From Lama guanicoe (lineage: Eukaryota): a stretch of 64,000 nucleotides of DNA. The notes under the pieces were generated by a model. The model saw nothing but the letters and a program-made list of their open reading frames with translations, searched no databases and was not told the DNA's origin. Position 1 is the first letter of the stretch, and the number at the start of each line of letters is the position of its first letter. Of this stretch, positions 11,442 to 24,929 are shown one piece after another. The position numbers and the translations under genes are program-made. The stretch spans positions 12,559,413 to 12,623,412 of the forward strand of contig MU053934.1 of assembly GCA_013239625.1 (NCBI GenBank), given 5' to 3'.

Positions 11442-13750
11442 TTCCGGTCAAGATGGCGGAGAGGTAGGACCATGAGCTCATCTCGCCTCATGACTACAAT
11501 TAAACCACAACTGACTGCTAAACAACCATTGAAAAAAAGACTGGAACCTAGCGAAAAAGATCTTCTGCAACTGGAAGCACAAAGAGGGAACCACAGCAGG
11601 ACAGTAGGAGGGGTATGCTTGAGATAAAATTGGGCCCCATACTCCTTGGGTGGGCGACCCACAAGCTGAAGAATAGTTAAGTCGCAGAGACCCTCCCACA
11701 GGAGAGTTCTGAGCCCCACGTCAGGCTCCCCAGTCCGAGGTTCTGGCACTACAAGAAGGAAACCCCACAACATCTGGTTTTGAAGGCCAGCGGGGCTTGG
11801 CTCCGGGAGCCCAACAGGACTGGGGGAAACAGAGACTTCACTTGCTTGGGAAGCATACATGAAACTCATGTGCTCCAAGTCCAAGGGCAGAGGCAGTGAT
11901 TTCATAGGAACCTGGGCCAGGTCTGCCTGCCTAATTTGGGGGGTTTCCTGGGGACATGGGGGATGGCTACAGCGCACCCAGGGGACAAAAAAGCTGGTGG
12001 CAGACATTCCAGGAGTGTTCATGTACATGAGCTTTCCTGGAGGCTGACATCTTGATTGGATCATTAGCACCAAAACCTAGCCCCACCCAACAGCCTGTAG
12101 GGAAACCTCAGGCCAAACAACACACAGGGTGGGAGCACAGGCCCACCCATCAGCAGACTTCCTGAGCCACAGAGGCCTCTAGACACGGCCCTTCTCACCA
12201 GAGGTCCAGGACCAAGCTCCATCCAGCAGTGTGCAGGCCCCGGCTCCTCCTGCCAGGAAACCTGCATAAGCCTCTAGTCCAGCCTCACCCACCAGGGGCA
12301 GATGCCAGAAACAAGAAAACAGCAATCCCAAAGCCTGTGGAAGGAATCCACAAACACAGGCCAGACTCTACCCTGGGACCAACAGGACCCTGGCCCTCGG
12401 GTGACAAGAGAGGAGTGTACTGCTGGGACGCATAGGACCTCTCCCACAGAGGGCCACCTTTCCAAGGTCAAGAAATGTAACTAACCTACCTAAAAATACA
12501 AATAGAAAGATAGATGATATGAGGCAGTAGAGGAATATCTCCCAGGCCAAGGCGCGAGATAAAATCCCAGAAGAAGTGTAAAATGATTATAAATCAATAA
12601 AAAATGTTAAAAAAAATCCCAGAAGAAGAAATAAGTGATGAGGAGATAAGCAATTTATCTGAGAAATGATGGCAAAGATGTTCAGAGAGCTCAAGAGGAG
12701 TATAGATGCAGAGAGTGAAGTTTTTAGCAAAGAGCTGGAAAATATAAAGAATACCTAAACTTAGTTGAGATTTACAAATGTTAGCCACTATATATAAAAA
12801 TAGATTTAAAAAACTTTTTTTGTATAGCACAGGGAACTATGCTTAATATCTTATAATAACCTTTAATGGAAAAAAATATGAAAACAAATATATGTATGTA
12901 TATGCAAGACTGGGACATTGTGCTGTACACCAGAAATTGATACATTGTAATTGACTGTACTTCAATTAAAAACAAAACAAAAAAAGAATTACCCAAACAG
13001 AATTGAAGAATAAAATCATTTAAATGAATAATACACTAGAAGGAACCAAGAATAGACTAAATGAGGCAGAAGAACGGATCAGTGAACTAGAACACAGACT
13101 AGTGAAAATCACTAGTGCAGAATAGAAAAAAGAAAAAAGAATGAAAAGAAATGAGGATAGTTTATGAGAACTCTGGAACAGCATGAAGTGTACTAATATT
13201 TGCATTACAGGGGTCCCAGAAAGAGAAGAAAGAGAGAAAAGACCTGAGAAAATTTTCAGAGAGATAATAACCGAAAACTTCACCAACTTGGGAAAAGAAA
13301 CAGTTACCCAAGTCCAGGAAGCGCAGAGTTCCACACAGGATCAACTCAAAGAGGAACACACTCAAGCAAACAATAATCAAATGGACAAAAATTAAGGGTA
13401 AGGAAAAAATATGAAAATTGGCAAGAGAAAAGCAACAAATACAATACAAGGGAACTCCCATAAGGTTATCAGCTGATTTTTCAGCAGAAACTCTACAGGT
13501 CAGAAGGGAGTGGCACGATGTATTTAAAGTGATGAAAGGGAAAAACCTACAACCAAGAATACTCTATTCAGCAAGGCTCTCTTTCAGATTTGATGGAGAA
13601 ATCAAAAGCTTCACAGATAAACAAAAGCTAAAAGAATTCAGCACCTCCAAATCAGCTTTACAACAAGTGTTAAAGGGACTTCTCTAGTCATCAAACTGTA
13701 AGAGAACAAAAAGAAGAAAGAGAGAGAGAGAAAAAAAAAGACCTACAAAA
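11442..13750 (+). mobile_element. L1 5' part: 5'UTR and decayed ORF1, interrupted by two short L1 3'-end insertions (12577-12612, ~12761-12985)
   Basis: Starts ttccggtcaagatggcgg (YY1-type L1 start); ORF1 peptides NICITGVPE, EIITENFTNL, PIRLSADFSAETLQVRREWHDVFKVMK. Confidence 0.85.
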
Positions 13751-14285
13751 GACTGCTTTGGCAGTTCGGGGTCTTTTATGGTTCCATATAAATTTTGGAA
13801 TTGTTTGTTCTAGTTCTGTGAAAAATGTCATGAGTATTTTGATGGGGGTTGCATTGGATCTGTGGATTGCTTTGGGTAATACAGCCATTTTGCTAGTGTT
13901 GAGTCTTCCAATCCAAGAGCACAAGATATCTTTCCATTTCTTTGTATCATCTTCAATTTTCTTCACCAATGTTTTACAGTTTCCTGAGTATAGGTAACCT
14001 CCTTGGTTAAGTTTATTTCTAGGTATATTATTGTCTTTGATGTAATGGAAATGTTTATGCCAGTCATAAAATTCTGGTTTTTGAAGTGGGAAAAAAAAGT
14101 GAATGAACAGCTGCAAATGGCAAAATATCCTTCTTTCTTATGGGTGAGTTGCATTCCATTACATATATATGCTGCATCTTCTTTATCCATTCATCTATTG
14201 ATGTGCACTGATGATGCTTCCATATCTTGGTAATTATAAATACTGTTGTTGTTAACAGCGGGGTGTATGTATCTTTTTGAATTAT
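13751..14285 (-). mobile_element. Inverted L1 ORF2 fragments
   Basis: Minus-strand [15 protein letters not shown]...[14 protein letters not shown]...FIWNHKRPR. Confidence 0.8.
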
Positions 14286-15160
14286 TATTTTGTGGTTGGC
14301 TTTATTCCTTTGATAATGATGTAAGTTTAAAAAGCTAAAGCTCTAAACATTCTTAGAAACAATGAACAGTACATATATGTCAATTTTAAAAAATATGTGC
14401 AGTATACTGTGTATATGTATTTACATGCGATATATATTTATATGTGCAGTCAAATTGTAACAGTTCTACCTAATAAAACTGAAAAATGAAAAAAAAGAAA
14501 ATAATTATACACCTAACCAAGTTACCACCCAGTTATAAACATAGACATATTCTTAAGCATTTATGAATTCAAGAAACACAACGTCTATAGCTATAGTTAC
14601 TAGGTTAAATGTTTGAATTATTTGAATACAGAACGTGAATCTCAACAACCATAGGAATTATGACTACAGAATAGAATGTAAATATTGTAAATGCTATTAA
14701 TGTAAACATTACTTGTACTTGATAATATACAAATAATAATATAATGAATGATGGTTATGTCTTAGTGTCTTCATTTTTAAAATAGGGATAATAAGAGTTC
14801 CTATAATCTCATAAAATTATTGTGAGGATTAAATAAACTAATTCACATAGTGCCCAGAATAGCACCTAACTAGAATAGAATAGTAATCTAGCAATTACTA
14901 AGTACCGAATGAACATTACTGATTAGTATTATTAGGTCCTGAATAAAGATAAAAAAGATATAACTGAAGAAATAACACTAGATTCCTTATTGTTTTCCCA
15001 CAAACTTCTTTAATTTTGGAACAATCTTATAGGAGCTACTGTATTTTTTATCGTGAAGAAATATTTATTTTAAGTGAAGAATTTCTTCATTTCATTTCAA
15101 TTGAAATTCTTAAGTAAAATTAATGGTAGTACTCTTTATTTTAAAAGTAATTTGTATGAT

Positions 15161-16072
15161 AGCCAATAGGCACATGAAAAATGCTTAATATCACTAATTA
15201 TCAGAGAAATGCAAATCAAAACTACAGTGAGGTATCACCTCACCACAGTCAGAATGGCCAGCATTCAGAAGTCCACAAACAATAAATGCTGGAGAGGGTG
15301 TGGAGAAAAGGAAACCCTTCTACACTGTTGGTGGGAATGTAGTTTGGTGCAGCTGTTATGGAAAACAGTATGGAGATCCCTCAAAAAACTAAACATAGAC
15401 TTAATATGATCTAGCAATTCCACTCCTGGGCATATATCCAGAGGGAACCTTAATTCAGTAAGATACATGCATCCCCATGTTCATAGAAGCACTATATACA
15501 AGCCAAGACATGGAAGCAAACTGAATGTCCACTGACAGGTGACTCAGATGACTGGATAAAGAAGCTGTGGTACATTTATAAAATGGACTACTACTCAGCC
15601 AAAAAAAAAGAATAAAATAATGCCATTTGTAGCAACATGGATGGACCCGTAGATTGTCATACTAAGTGAAGTAAGCCAGAAGGAGAAATAAAAATACCAA
15701 ATGATATCACTTACATGTGGAATCTCAAAAAAAAAAAAAAGACAAATGAACTTATTTACAAAACAGAAACAGACTTACAGATAGAAAACAAACTTAGGGT
15801 TACCAGGGAGGAAGGGGGTGGGAAGGGATAAACTGGGAGTTCGAGATGTGCAAACAGTAACATATATAAAATAGATAAACAACAAGTTTATACTGTATAG
15901 CACAGGGAACTATATTCAATATCTTATAGTAACTTATAGTGAAAAAGAATATGAAAATGAATATATCAATGTTCATGTATGACTGAACATTATGTTATAC
16001 ACCAGGAATTGACACAATATTGACGCAAACTGACTATACTTCAATAAAATATATATATAAAAAAATAAATTA
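15161..16072 (+). mobile_element. 5'-truncated L1 (ORF2 end + 3'UTR) with TSD
   Basis: [12 protein letters not shown]...[21 protein letters not shown] aaaagtaa(tt/cc)tgtatgat at 15143-15160 and 16073-16090. Confidence 0.88.
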
Positions 16073-17000
16073 AAAAGTAACCTGTATGATTCAATTTTAA
16101 TTAAACTGTATCTTTCAAAAAAAATTATCCCTCCATGTATCCATGCACAGGTCCATCATTCTATTTCTGCAGAGAGAGACTTGGAAGAGTGTTCACCAAT
16201 GTGAACGGCTAATTCTGAGTGACTGGATTGTGCTGATTTGAAACTTTCTTTGTAACTTTCTATTTTAATTTTACTTTGATTGGATTTTAAGAACAATGTA
16301 CATGTAACATTTCTTTAAAAATCATTATTTAATAATTATCAATTAAACAATTATGTAATGATGTTTATTAAATATAAACAAGATAATTATTCATTATAAT
16401 TATTTAATAGTTACTCTTTATTTTAAAATGCTAATAATCACACCTGGAAAATTCTGCTGTATACAGTAATAATCTAATAAATTAATAAATAATGATAAAA
16501 ATGGATGATTTGGGAGGAAAATGAAATATCCACATTGACATAATCTTAAAGCAATAACCAAAGAAGAAATTGAAAAAGTTATCAGGAGTTATTCCCAGTA
16601 GTCTTACCATTAAATGTTCAATAAAGAATTGTCTCCAAATACTGCACATATAATTTCAGAATGTAGAAAAAGAAGACTCTAGAGGTTGAGTAGACCTGGA
16701 CAGTTTAAACTCTCTAAGCTCTAATTTTCTCATCTATAAAGTGGAAATAACAGTGTCTTTCACTCATAAATCTATTACGAAGATTAAACAAGATAATGTG
16801 TGTAAAGCACACGGTAAAAAGACCAACACCTGGGAGCCGACACACAAGCTGTTAGGGACAATATCAGAGTGACACTCAATGCCCGGACAGCTGCAGCCTT
16901 CCTACACCCTGGCATTAATTATTCAATAAATAAAACAGAAGACCTCCCATTTATAATGAGAACAGAAACACAGAAGTTAATGTATTAAAGAAATCTGGAG

Positions 17001-17105
17001 AGGCTCCCTTTGGTAGCACATATACTAAAATTGGAATGATACAGAAAAGATCAGCAAGACCCCTGGGCAAGGATGACATGCAAACTTGTGAAGTGTTTCA
17101 CATTT
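17001..17105 (+). pseudogene. U6 snRNA retropseudogene (5' part of a U6-L1 chimera)
   Basis: Full-length degenerate match to U6 (gcacatatactaaaattggaa-gatacaga-aagat-agca-g-cccctg-gcaaggatgaca-gcaaa...); the ACAGAGA box is altered to ACAGAAA. Confidence 0.92.
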
Positions 17106-17373
17106 ACGTAGTGAACAGTATGACGACTATAGTTACGAAGACTGTGTTACATATTTGAAAGCTACTAAGGGAGTAATCTTAAAAGTTCTCATCACAAGGG
17201 AAAAATAACTTGTAGCCAGGTGACGTGATAGATATTAACTAAACTTCTTATGATAATCATTTCACAATATATACATATATCAAATCATTATGTTACACAA
17301 CCTAAACTTATACAATATTCTATGTCAATTATATTTCAGTAAAATTGGAAAAAATTAAAACTGAAGGGAAAAA
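17106..17373 (+). mobile_element. Old L1 3'UTR end fused to the U6 copy
   Basis: cttaaaagttctcatcac...ataatcatttcacaatatatacatatatcaaatcattatg...tatgtcaattatatttcagtaaaa; shared TSD aaatctggaga at 16991-17001 and 17374-17384. Confidence 0.8.
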
Positions 17374-17436
17374 AAATCTGGAGAAAAATATTGCAAAACC
17401 CTTTGAGACATGTTAAAGAACATCTGAATAACTGGA

Positions 17437-17718
17437 TTCACAGACATGGAAAACAAACTTATGGTTACCAGAGGGGAAAAGGGGTGGGGAGAGATAAATT
17501 GGGTGTTTGGGATTTGCAGATAAAACTTCTATATATAAAATAGATAAACAGCAAGTTCGTACTGTATAGCACAGGGAACTATATTCAATACCATGTATTA
17601 GCCTATAATGAAAAAGAGTATGAACAGGAATATATAAATATTATGTACAATTGAATCACTATGCTATACACCAGAAATTAACACAATGTTGTAAATCGAC
17701 TATACTTCAATTAAAAAC
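17437..17718 (+). mobile_element. Short L1 3'-end insertion with long TSD
   Basis: Cetartiodactyl-type 3'UTR (tatagcacagggaactatattcaa); TSD aaagaacatctgaataa(c/t)tgga at 17415-17436 and 17719-17740. Confidence 0.85.
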
Positions 17719-20700
17719 AAAGAACATCTGAATAATTGGAGAGAAATACCATATTCCTGCATGAGAGTACTTAAAAAGATATTATTCTTTCCATATAAAT
17801 GTATAGGTTTAACACAATTCCAAATAAAATATTAAATGAATCTATTATTTATCTGGGAGAATAAATATGTGAGAAAAGCTAAAAAGAGAAAAAAGAAAGA
17901 AAAAAGAATAATGAAGGGGGACTTACTGATTGATAATGAACTAATGTTGATATGCCATAAAACCTCACATATTATGAAATAGGTTAGCTATCTCTGCTCT
18001 ACTATATGCACAAAGTTCACGAGTAGTTTAGAAATCACTTCTAAACTAATAGGATAAGATGGGATAGATTTTGGGGGGAAAAAGTTGGAATCTCTCCTTG
18101 TCCTGAGGAATTTTACATTCTCAAGGCTCATTCCCACACAAGGCATACTACAGCTAAACTTGTACTAGGAAAATAATCCTAGGTCATGTTTTGACTTAAG
18201 TTCAAGAGAATGGAAAGAGAAACTTGAGGCCTTGGAGTCAAGAGGATTTTACCTTTTTATAATTGCTTAAAATAGGCATATATTTATGTATATATAAATA
18301 GGCACACTTATTTGCTGGTTGACGATTTTAATAGTTGATGACTGCTTCTTTGGTGATTTTCCCTGCCCTGTGTGGTCACTGGAAAAATTGGCAAAAGCCT
18401 TCCCAGGGGCAACAGAGAGCAAGGACTCACATGTTGGGCCTCACTTTAAATTCAGTCTAACGGGTCAGGGTGTGAGATTCATGTTACTTCCGTCAACAAT
18501 ATTTGTCCTAACATGCTCTAGGACTGTGAAGAAATAAATAGTCCTGCTGCTTACACATCAGGCAGAAAAATATTTTACTGTTTCCAACCATTAGATCTGA
18601 GTCCATGAGCCCAAAAACATATAATTTGCTTAAGAAATTACAAAAGCTAAATTTTACAAATTATTTTAATACTATTTAATCTGTAGATGCTTATATGTTC
18701 AATAAAACATTTACCAGCTGATAAACTGCTAAAGAAAAATTTTAAAAATTTTATATTACCCCCCAAATTAGGCAACTGTGCAGAACATTTATATAAAAAT
18801 ATAATTATAGAAAAGAGGAAAATATGTACAACTAAAACTAAGAAAAAAATAAGCTAAAGGGAAAGTAATGGACCTTATGCCAAATCAAGGAATGTGACAT
18901 GGAAGAGACTGGGGAAGGGATGTGGAATCATGCATGACAGAAGCCTCATTCATGCCAAGGAGGTGTAGGCTGTTTATTTTATTTGTTTTATTTTTGTGGG
19001 AAAGAAAGTGCACAAGCCTAACATGTGTAGCTGCTTAAATACAATAGTTGCATGTATTAGACAACTTCAAGTTTACTTAGAAAACTTTAAAAGACAAATT
19101 TTAAAAATTGTCAAAGCTGAGTCTTTTATGACTTGTTTCAATATAAACACCTGTCAACCTTGCCTCTAATGTGACAGAGCAGAGAGAGCATTTTAAAAAT
19201 AACAATATTACCTTAGTAATATCATCTTAGCAATATTAACTTCATTATGGTTACTTAATAACTTACTTAACTATTACCTTAATTATTGTTGGAATATTTG
19301 CCAAAAAGAAAACCTCTAGTGAATCTAAATAAAAATGTAGTACGCAGCCTGGTTCCTTTGGCACACCAGATAGTTTAGAATTAAATGATTAAAAGAAAAC
19401 ACAGGTAGAAGTAAATATTTCACTGATCTTGGATTATGGAAAGATTTTCTAGGCATCACAGCAATGGTAATAAATCAGAAAGGAAAATATTGATACATTT
19501 TTACTACATAAGACTTCTGTTTACCAAATATTCATGTACAACATCAAAAGGAAAATTATAAACTGGGAAAAACATTTACTACAATTTTAAACAAGGACCT
19601 TATGGTCTTACAAATCAATAAGAGATTCTATCACAGAAACCTGCTATTCCTTTCTTGTTTTCAGTGCCATGCCCGAGTTAAGGCTAGCCCCTTTTCAGCC
19701 TTTAGTTCTGCAAAAACTTTCTAATATGTCTTCCTGCCTCTAGCCTTCCCTCTCCAACCATCTCTCACACTGTTACCAGAAGTATCTTTCTTAAATACAA
19801 GCGTCTTCCTTGAAATCCCAAATGGTTCCCTTTCACCTAGACAAGAAAGGTAAATCTCCTTAGCTTGGCACTGAAGACCAGTCCTCTCACCTCTTCAGCC
19901 TCTTCTTTCTTTGGCCTGCCACCTTGCGACTCTCATGCGCTAATCTGGCTTCTTGACTGTGCCAGTCTCTCCTTCACAGGCACACAGCCTTGGCTATCTC
20001 TCCTGCTGGACTGCCCTTCCTCTCTACCCAAAGTCCTCTACCTCACCTGTCCAGTCTCTGCTTCCTTCCCAGACTTGGTGTACACCATTATTAGCATTTG
20101 CCAGATTATAATTTTATTGTAAACTTAAAATGTGTACATTTTAATTTGTATATGTAAATTATAATTAGTTATCTTGATATCTGTTTCTGGCTCCCACTCA
20201 CTTCTTCCAATGAAGGAGCATCTCTATTCAACTGTGTATTCCTAGAATAGCATATCGTAGGTGCACAGTAAATACTATTAAATAAGAGAATATTTAATCA
20301 GATCGAAGGAATTATATAACTTTTTTAAAAAGGTAGTTAAAATATATATAAAAACTTTCAAGTACATAGGCCCCCAAATTGCAAACATTTCTAAGTAGAA
20401 ATTTTCTGAAGACTGTTGCAATAAGTGGAGATTATTTATAAACCAATAATGTCATTAAAAACAGTTTGTTTTCATTTGAGTAGAGTATGCAGGCTATCTA
20501 AAATTTGTTTTACATTATGATTTTCTCTAGCAAAACTTAGGTTCACAAATTATAAGAATTATACATATTCTGGACTAGTAAAGAACAAATTTTAAAAATT
20601 ATAATGCTATCACTACCACTGCAGTTACCACTTAGTGGACACGTGTTGAATAAAATAACATACTAACATTCTTAAAATGGAGAAATGTGTTCAACTCTAT

Positions 20701-21171
20701 TGCTACCTTATTCCACTGAGCCACTGAGCTATACCCCCCATTTCAGCACCTTACCAGTCTTAGCACTATTACTCTAAACTCTTTTTATTTAAATGGCTCA
20801 CACAAAGAAGGTTTCAAGTCTGTTCACAGGCGTTATTGTAACATCATTGGTCATTTGCTGAGTACCTGAGCTTGGGTATGGCACTGTGTACCCCATTACA
20901 AAAGAAGTCACTATTTCTACCCTCAAGAAGATGACAGTCCATTTGCAGAAATAAGATGCAAACACATATAAAATAATCAAAAAAATAATTCAAGGAAACA
21001 TTCAATGATCAGTGTAAAACTTTATGGTACAGTAGTTACCTAGTATAGAAGTTGAAAAGTGGTCGGGGAAGGCCTTGCTAAGAAGGCACTTGATTTGAGC
21101 TCAGAAGTGAAGCAAAGATTTGAACTATTGGAAAGAAGGGTAAAGGCACTCTGCTTAGGAAAACATCCTAC

Positions 21172-21280
21172 CTGAGATTTTTTCCATCTCTTCCAATAGC
21201 TTTTCCAAGTCTTTATTTAGGTCTGACAGCATTTTCAGCATGTTGTCATAGTTTCTTTCCCCAGGGTCAGAATCAGCCAT
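21172..21280 (-). CDS. SYCE3: SYCE3 first coding exon (109 nt); not in the ORF track
   Basis: The reverse complement reads MADSDPGERNYDNMLKMLSDLNKDLEKLLEEMEKIS+G. The acceptor ctgtctag lies immediately before the ATG and the donor is gtagga. 109+158=267 nt = 88 aa + stop. Confidence 0.96.
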
Positions 21281-21599
21281 CTAGACAGTGCACAAAAAGA
21301 TGCAGTGAGACAGACCAGTGTTTCAATTCCAGCTCCACTACTCACAGCTCGGTAGCCCAAGCCAGAAAACTTAGGTCATCTTTAATTCCTTATCTTTTCT
21401 TCCTGACCTAAGGGGTCACTGGAACTTGCCAATTTTAATTATTTTTGGAATAAATATTTAATCATCTATGCATCAGGTAGGCCCAGTGCTTGAGAGCCAC
21501 CAGTGAACTGAACTTTACCCCTGTGGAGCTCATAGCCCGGCCCAGCTCTTTAAAGTCTCTCCTATCAGTCTCTTCCTCCCTCCCTCCCTCCAAGGCTGC

Positions 21600-24330
21600 T
21601 GCTTTATTTGTGGTCCATTCCATTATCCATCATTGATTACAGATTTACTGAGCATCTGTTATGTACCAGATACCTACTAAGGCTCTGTGGATATTGCAGT
21701 ATATCTGTGGGCCCAGACAGACTGGATGCTGTCATGGAGCTTCTGTTCCAGGGGGAGAGACAGATACCGTCAGTTTGTGGTCACTGCTACAAAGAAAATA
21801 AAAAGGGTGGCATAATAAAGAGGCTCTTTCATGAGGAGGAGTGGTTTGGCTTGTGAAGTCAGAGAGGTCCTTTCTAATGACATGACATTTGAACTGCCAC
21901 TTGAATGACAAAAGGGAGTTGTCTTGTGAAGATCTAGGGGAAGTTCTAGACAGAGGAATGGCTCAAGAAAAGTTGGGTGTAGCCATGGTGAGCTGTAAGG
22001 AATAGCAGAAAGTGTAGAATGGGGTTGAGGAGAAGAGTGGTATAAGAATTGATCGGCTAAGTAGGCAAGAACTTTGGTTTTATTTTGAGTGTAAGGGAAA
22101 GCCACTGGAGGTTGAGAGAGCAGGGGATCATGTGATTGTGTTTTTAGATAATAACTTCAGCTGGTGTTTGGGAAGTGTACTGTTGCAGAAAGTTGAGGGG
22201 AGGAAAGAGTGAGAAGACCATTTAGGAGACTACTAGAGCAGTCTAGGGATAACAGTGGCTTGGACTTGGGTAATAACATCAATAGTGAGGAGTGGAAGGG
22301 TTTGGGCTATATTTTGGAAGATAAGCCAAGAGAATTGGATAGAGGACTTGATGTATCAAAGTTTGCAGGGGCTAATTATGGGAAGAGAAAAATCAAAATA
22401 ACTCCTAATTTTGTTGAGAACAACTCAATGGATGATGGTGTTATTAACTGAAATGGAGAAGACCAGAAGAGGAGCAAATTAGACAGTAAACAGGTTCTCT
22501 ATTTTAAACATGTTAACATGAGATGCCCACTGGTCCTCCAATTGGAGATATAAATAGGCAGTTGAATACATGGACCTGGAGTTCAGAAGAGTTGGAGCTG
22601 AAAATACAAAGTTTGAAACTAATGGTAAAGGCTCTCTTCATCTTTTTTGGACTACTGCCATAGACTCCTAACTGGTCTCCCTGCTTGTAGCTTCCTCTTG
22701 TCCAATCCATTTTCCAGTTCACCCCCAGAGTGACCTTTCCTAACATGCAAATCTAACTATGTCACACTGTTTGAAACACTTCAATAGCTTCTATTTCTTT
22801 TAGGATAAAATATAATATCTTTACTATAGATATGAGATCCTTCATAACCTAACTCTTGACTGCTCCCCTTCTCAACTAGTTCTGAGTTGTGGCCAAATAA
22901 TTGAAAGCCTTGAGAGATCCAAAATTTAATGAGACATTACCTAAACTCTACAAGAGTTGTGTATTTCCAAGAGGTATAATGAAAAGATATCCATTAAAAT
23001 AACATGAAACTCTGTTAAAGAAATCTCTACAGTTTTCTTACAAAAGAGTTAAAGAAGTACAAAATGGAATAAAATAATTCTGTCATGTGGGTGGTTATAA
23101 AAATCTGTGTGACGGCAAAGAAATAGATAATGACATAATTCATACCTAAGTTGTGTGGACTACTTGCTCAATTCATTAAGTTATAAAGTTTCACTTACAT
23201 TCTTTTATCCATACATTCAACACATATTTATTGAGAACTATTTAAGATTCTGAAGACAGAGCAGTGAACAAAACAGATAAAAATCCTTGGTCTCGTGGAA
23301 TTTATATTCTAGTGGGGAGAGGAGGCAATAAACAAGATTAATAAGTGAAATAAACATAAGGAAGGGATAAATACTAAAGGAAAAAAGTGAACCAGGATGG
23401 AAGGTGGGAGAGAGTGTACAGTGGCTGCAATTTAGATAAGCGTGTAGGGAAGGCCTTACTGAAGTGATTTCGTGGAGGAAGTGAGAGAATGAGCCATTTG
23501 GATATCTGGGGAAAGTGCATTCCAGGCAGAGGAAATAGTAAGAACAACGGCCCTGAGCTAGGAGCCTGCTGGATGAGCTGGAGGGAGAGCAATGAGTGGT
23601 ATAGTTGGTATAGAGTTAAGGAAGAGTTGCAGAAGATAAGGTCAAAGTGTGGTGGGTGGAACTGTTGTGGGTCTTACAGGCCACTGAAAAGATTTTGGCT
23701 TTTTCTTTGAGTGAGATGGGATCCTGGAGAGTGATAATCTGATTTATATGTTAATAAGTCACTAGATTGAGAGTAGTTTATATGGAAATGGTGGAGGCAG
23801 GGAGACTAGTTAGGAGAGGCCACTGGACTAGCAACAGCTCCCATCAGCATGGGAATGATGGAAGTGGTGTGAAGGAGTTTGGTTCAGGGCATATTCTGAG
23901 GCCAGGGCTGATGAAGTCAGCGTGAAGTCAGGGAAAATGCTAAGGTATTTGACTGGGCAACCAGAAATGCTGGTACCATTAACTGAGATGGGGAATGCTG
24001 GAAGAAGTAAGTTTGTGTGGGAAAGAAAGAACTCAGTTTTGAACATACTAAGTTTAAGATGCTTATGAGGCATCCAAGTGGGAATGTTGAGTAGGCAGCT
24101 GAATAAATGAATTCAGGGGAGAGGGTAGGCTAGAGATAGAAATTTGGGAGTCATCAGCATACAGATGATATTTAAAGACATGAGAATGGGTGGGATCCAG
24201 GGAGAAAACGCAGATGGAGAAGAGGCCCAACATCAAGATTGGGGAGAGGAAAAGAAACCAGCCAAAGAGACTGAGGAAGAGGGACCAGAGAGGTAGAAGG
24301 AGAACGAGGACAGTCATGTTCTGGAAGTTC
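21600..24330. mobile_element. Cluster of decayed L2 LINE fragments
   Basis: L2 hallmarks: tttattgag, ggagaccagttaggag-like segments, gttcagttttggacatg-like segments, gatagaaatttgggagtcatcagcata. Confidence 0.65.
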
Positions 24331-24520
24331 TCAGAGAGTCACTGAACCCCAGTCAATGTCCTCTGATCATTATGAAATCTCAGCAAGCTGAGAACACAAC
24401 TCTAAAAATTATAAAAGAAGGAAACTCCAAAAATTGTGTGGGACAACAGAGGTGTTTCCTTAATGCTGAGAAGGCAGGGAATTAAGATAGGAAACTTTAA
24501 ATGCATAAAAACTGGAATTA

Positions 24521-24929
24521 CAGGTCTCCTCCACTAGCCAAATGTAAAACTCTTCATAAGCCAAAATGGCATAAAGCAAAGAAGCAACTACCTTAGGATA
24601 CATCTTGCTAACAGATGCACAAAATAAATCAGGAAAAAGCACAGATGCTTACAGACATAGTTTAAAACTATGGCAGCTTGATGCTGAGATGCTGAGTGTA
24701 GTTCCTGGGCAAGGAGCTTGGTGGTGCCAATCTCACTGCTTGGGGTGTTGGCTGCTTCTATACAGCTGACTGCAAAACAAATGCTGGACACTATTTTCAT
24801 TTGTCACTTTTTTTCATAAGTGAAAATCCTCTTCAGATTTCTTTTGGTTAGTGAAAATAGGTACTAATGTAGATCTTTTGTAAAAGCAAAGGGATGTAAA
24901 GTGAACTTTTGAAAAGCAGGGGATACCTG
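24521..24929. mobile_element. Tigger/TcMar-like non-autonomous DNA transposon
   Basis: Ends ta|CAGGT...ACCTG with imperfect inverted termini; family assignment from recall. Confidence 0.55.

Noticed and set aside
17001..17105. Functional U6 snRNA gene
   Set aside because: Many substitutions including the ACAGAGA box, no evident upstream Pol III promoter, and fusion to L1 within a TSD
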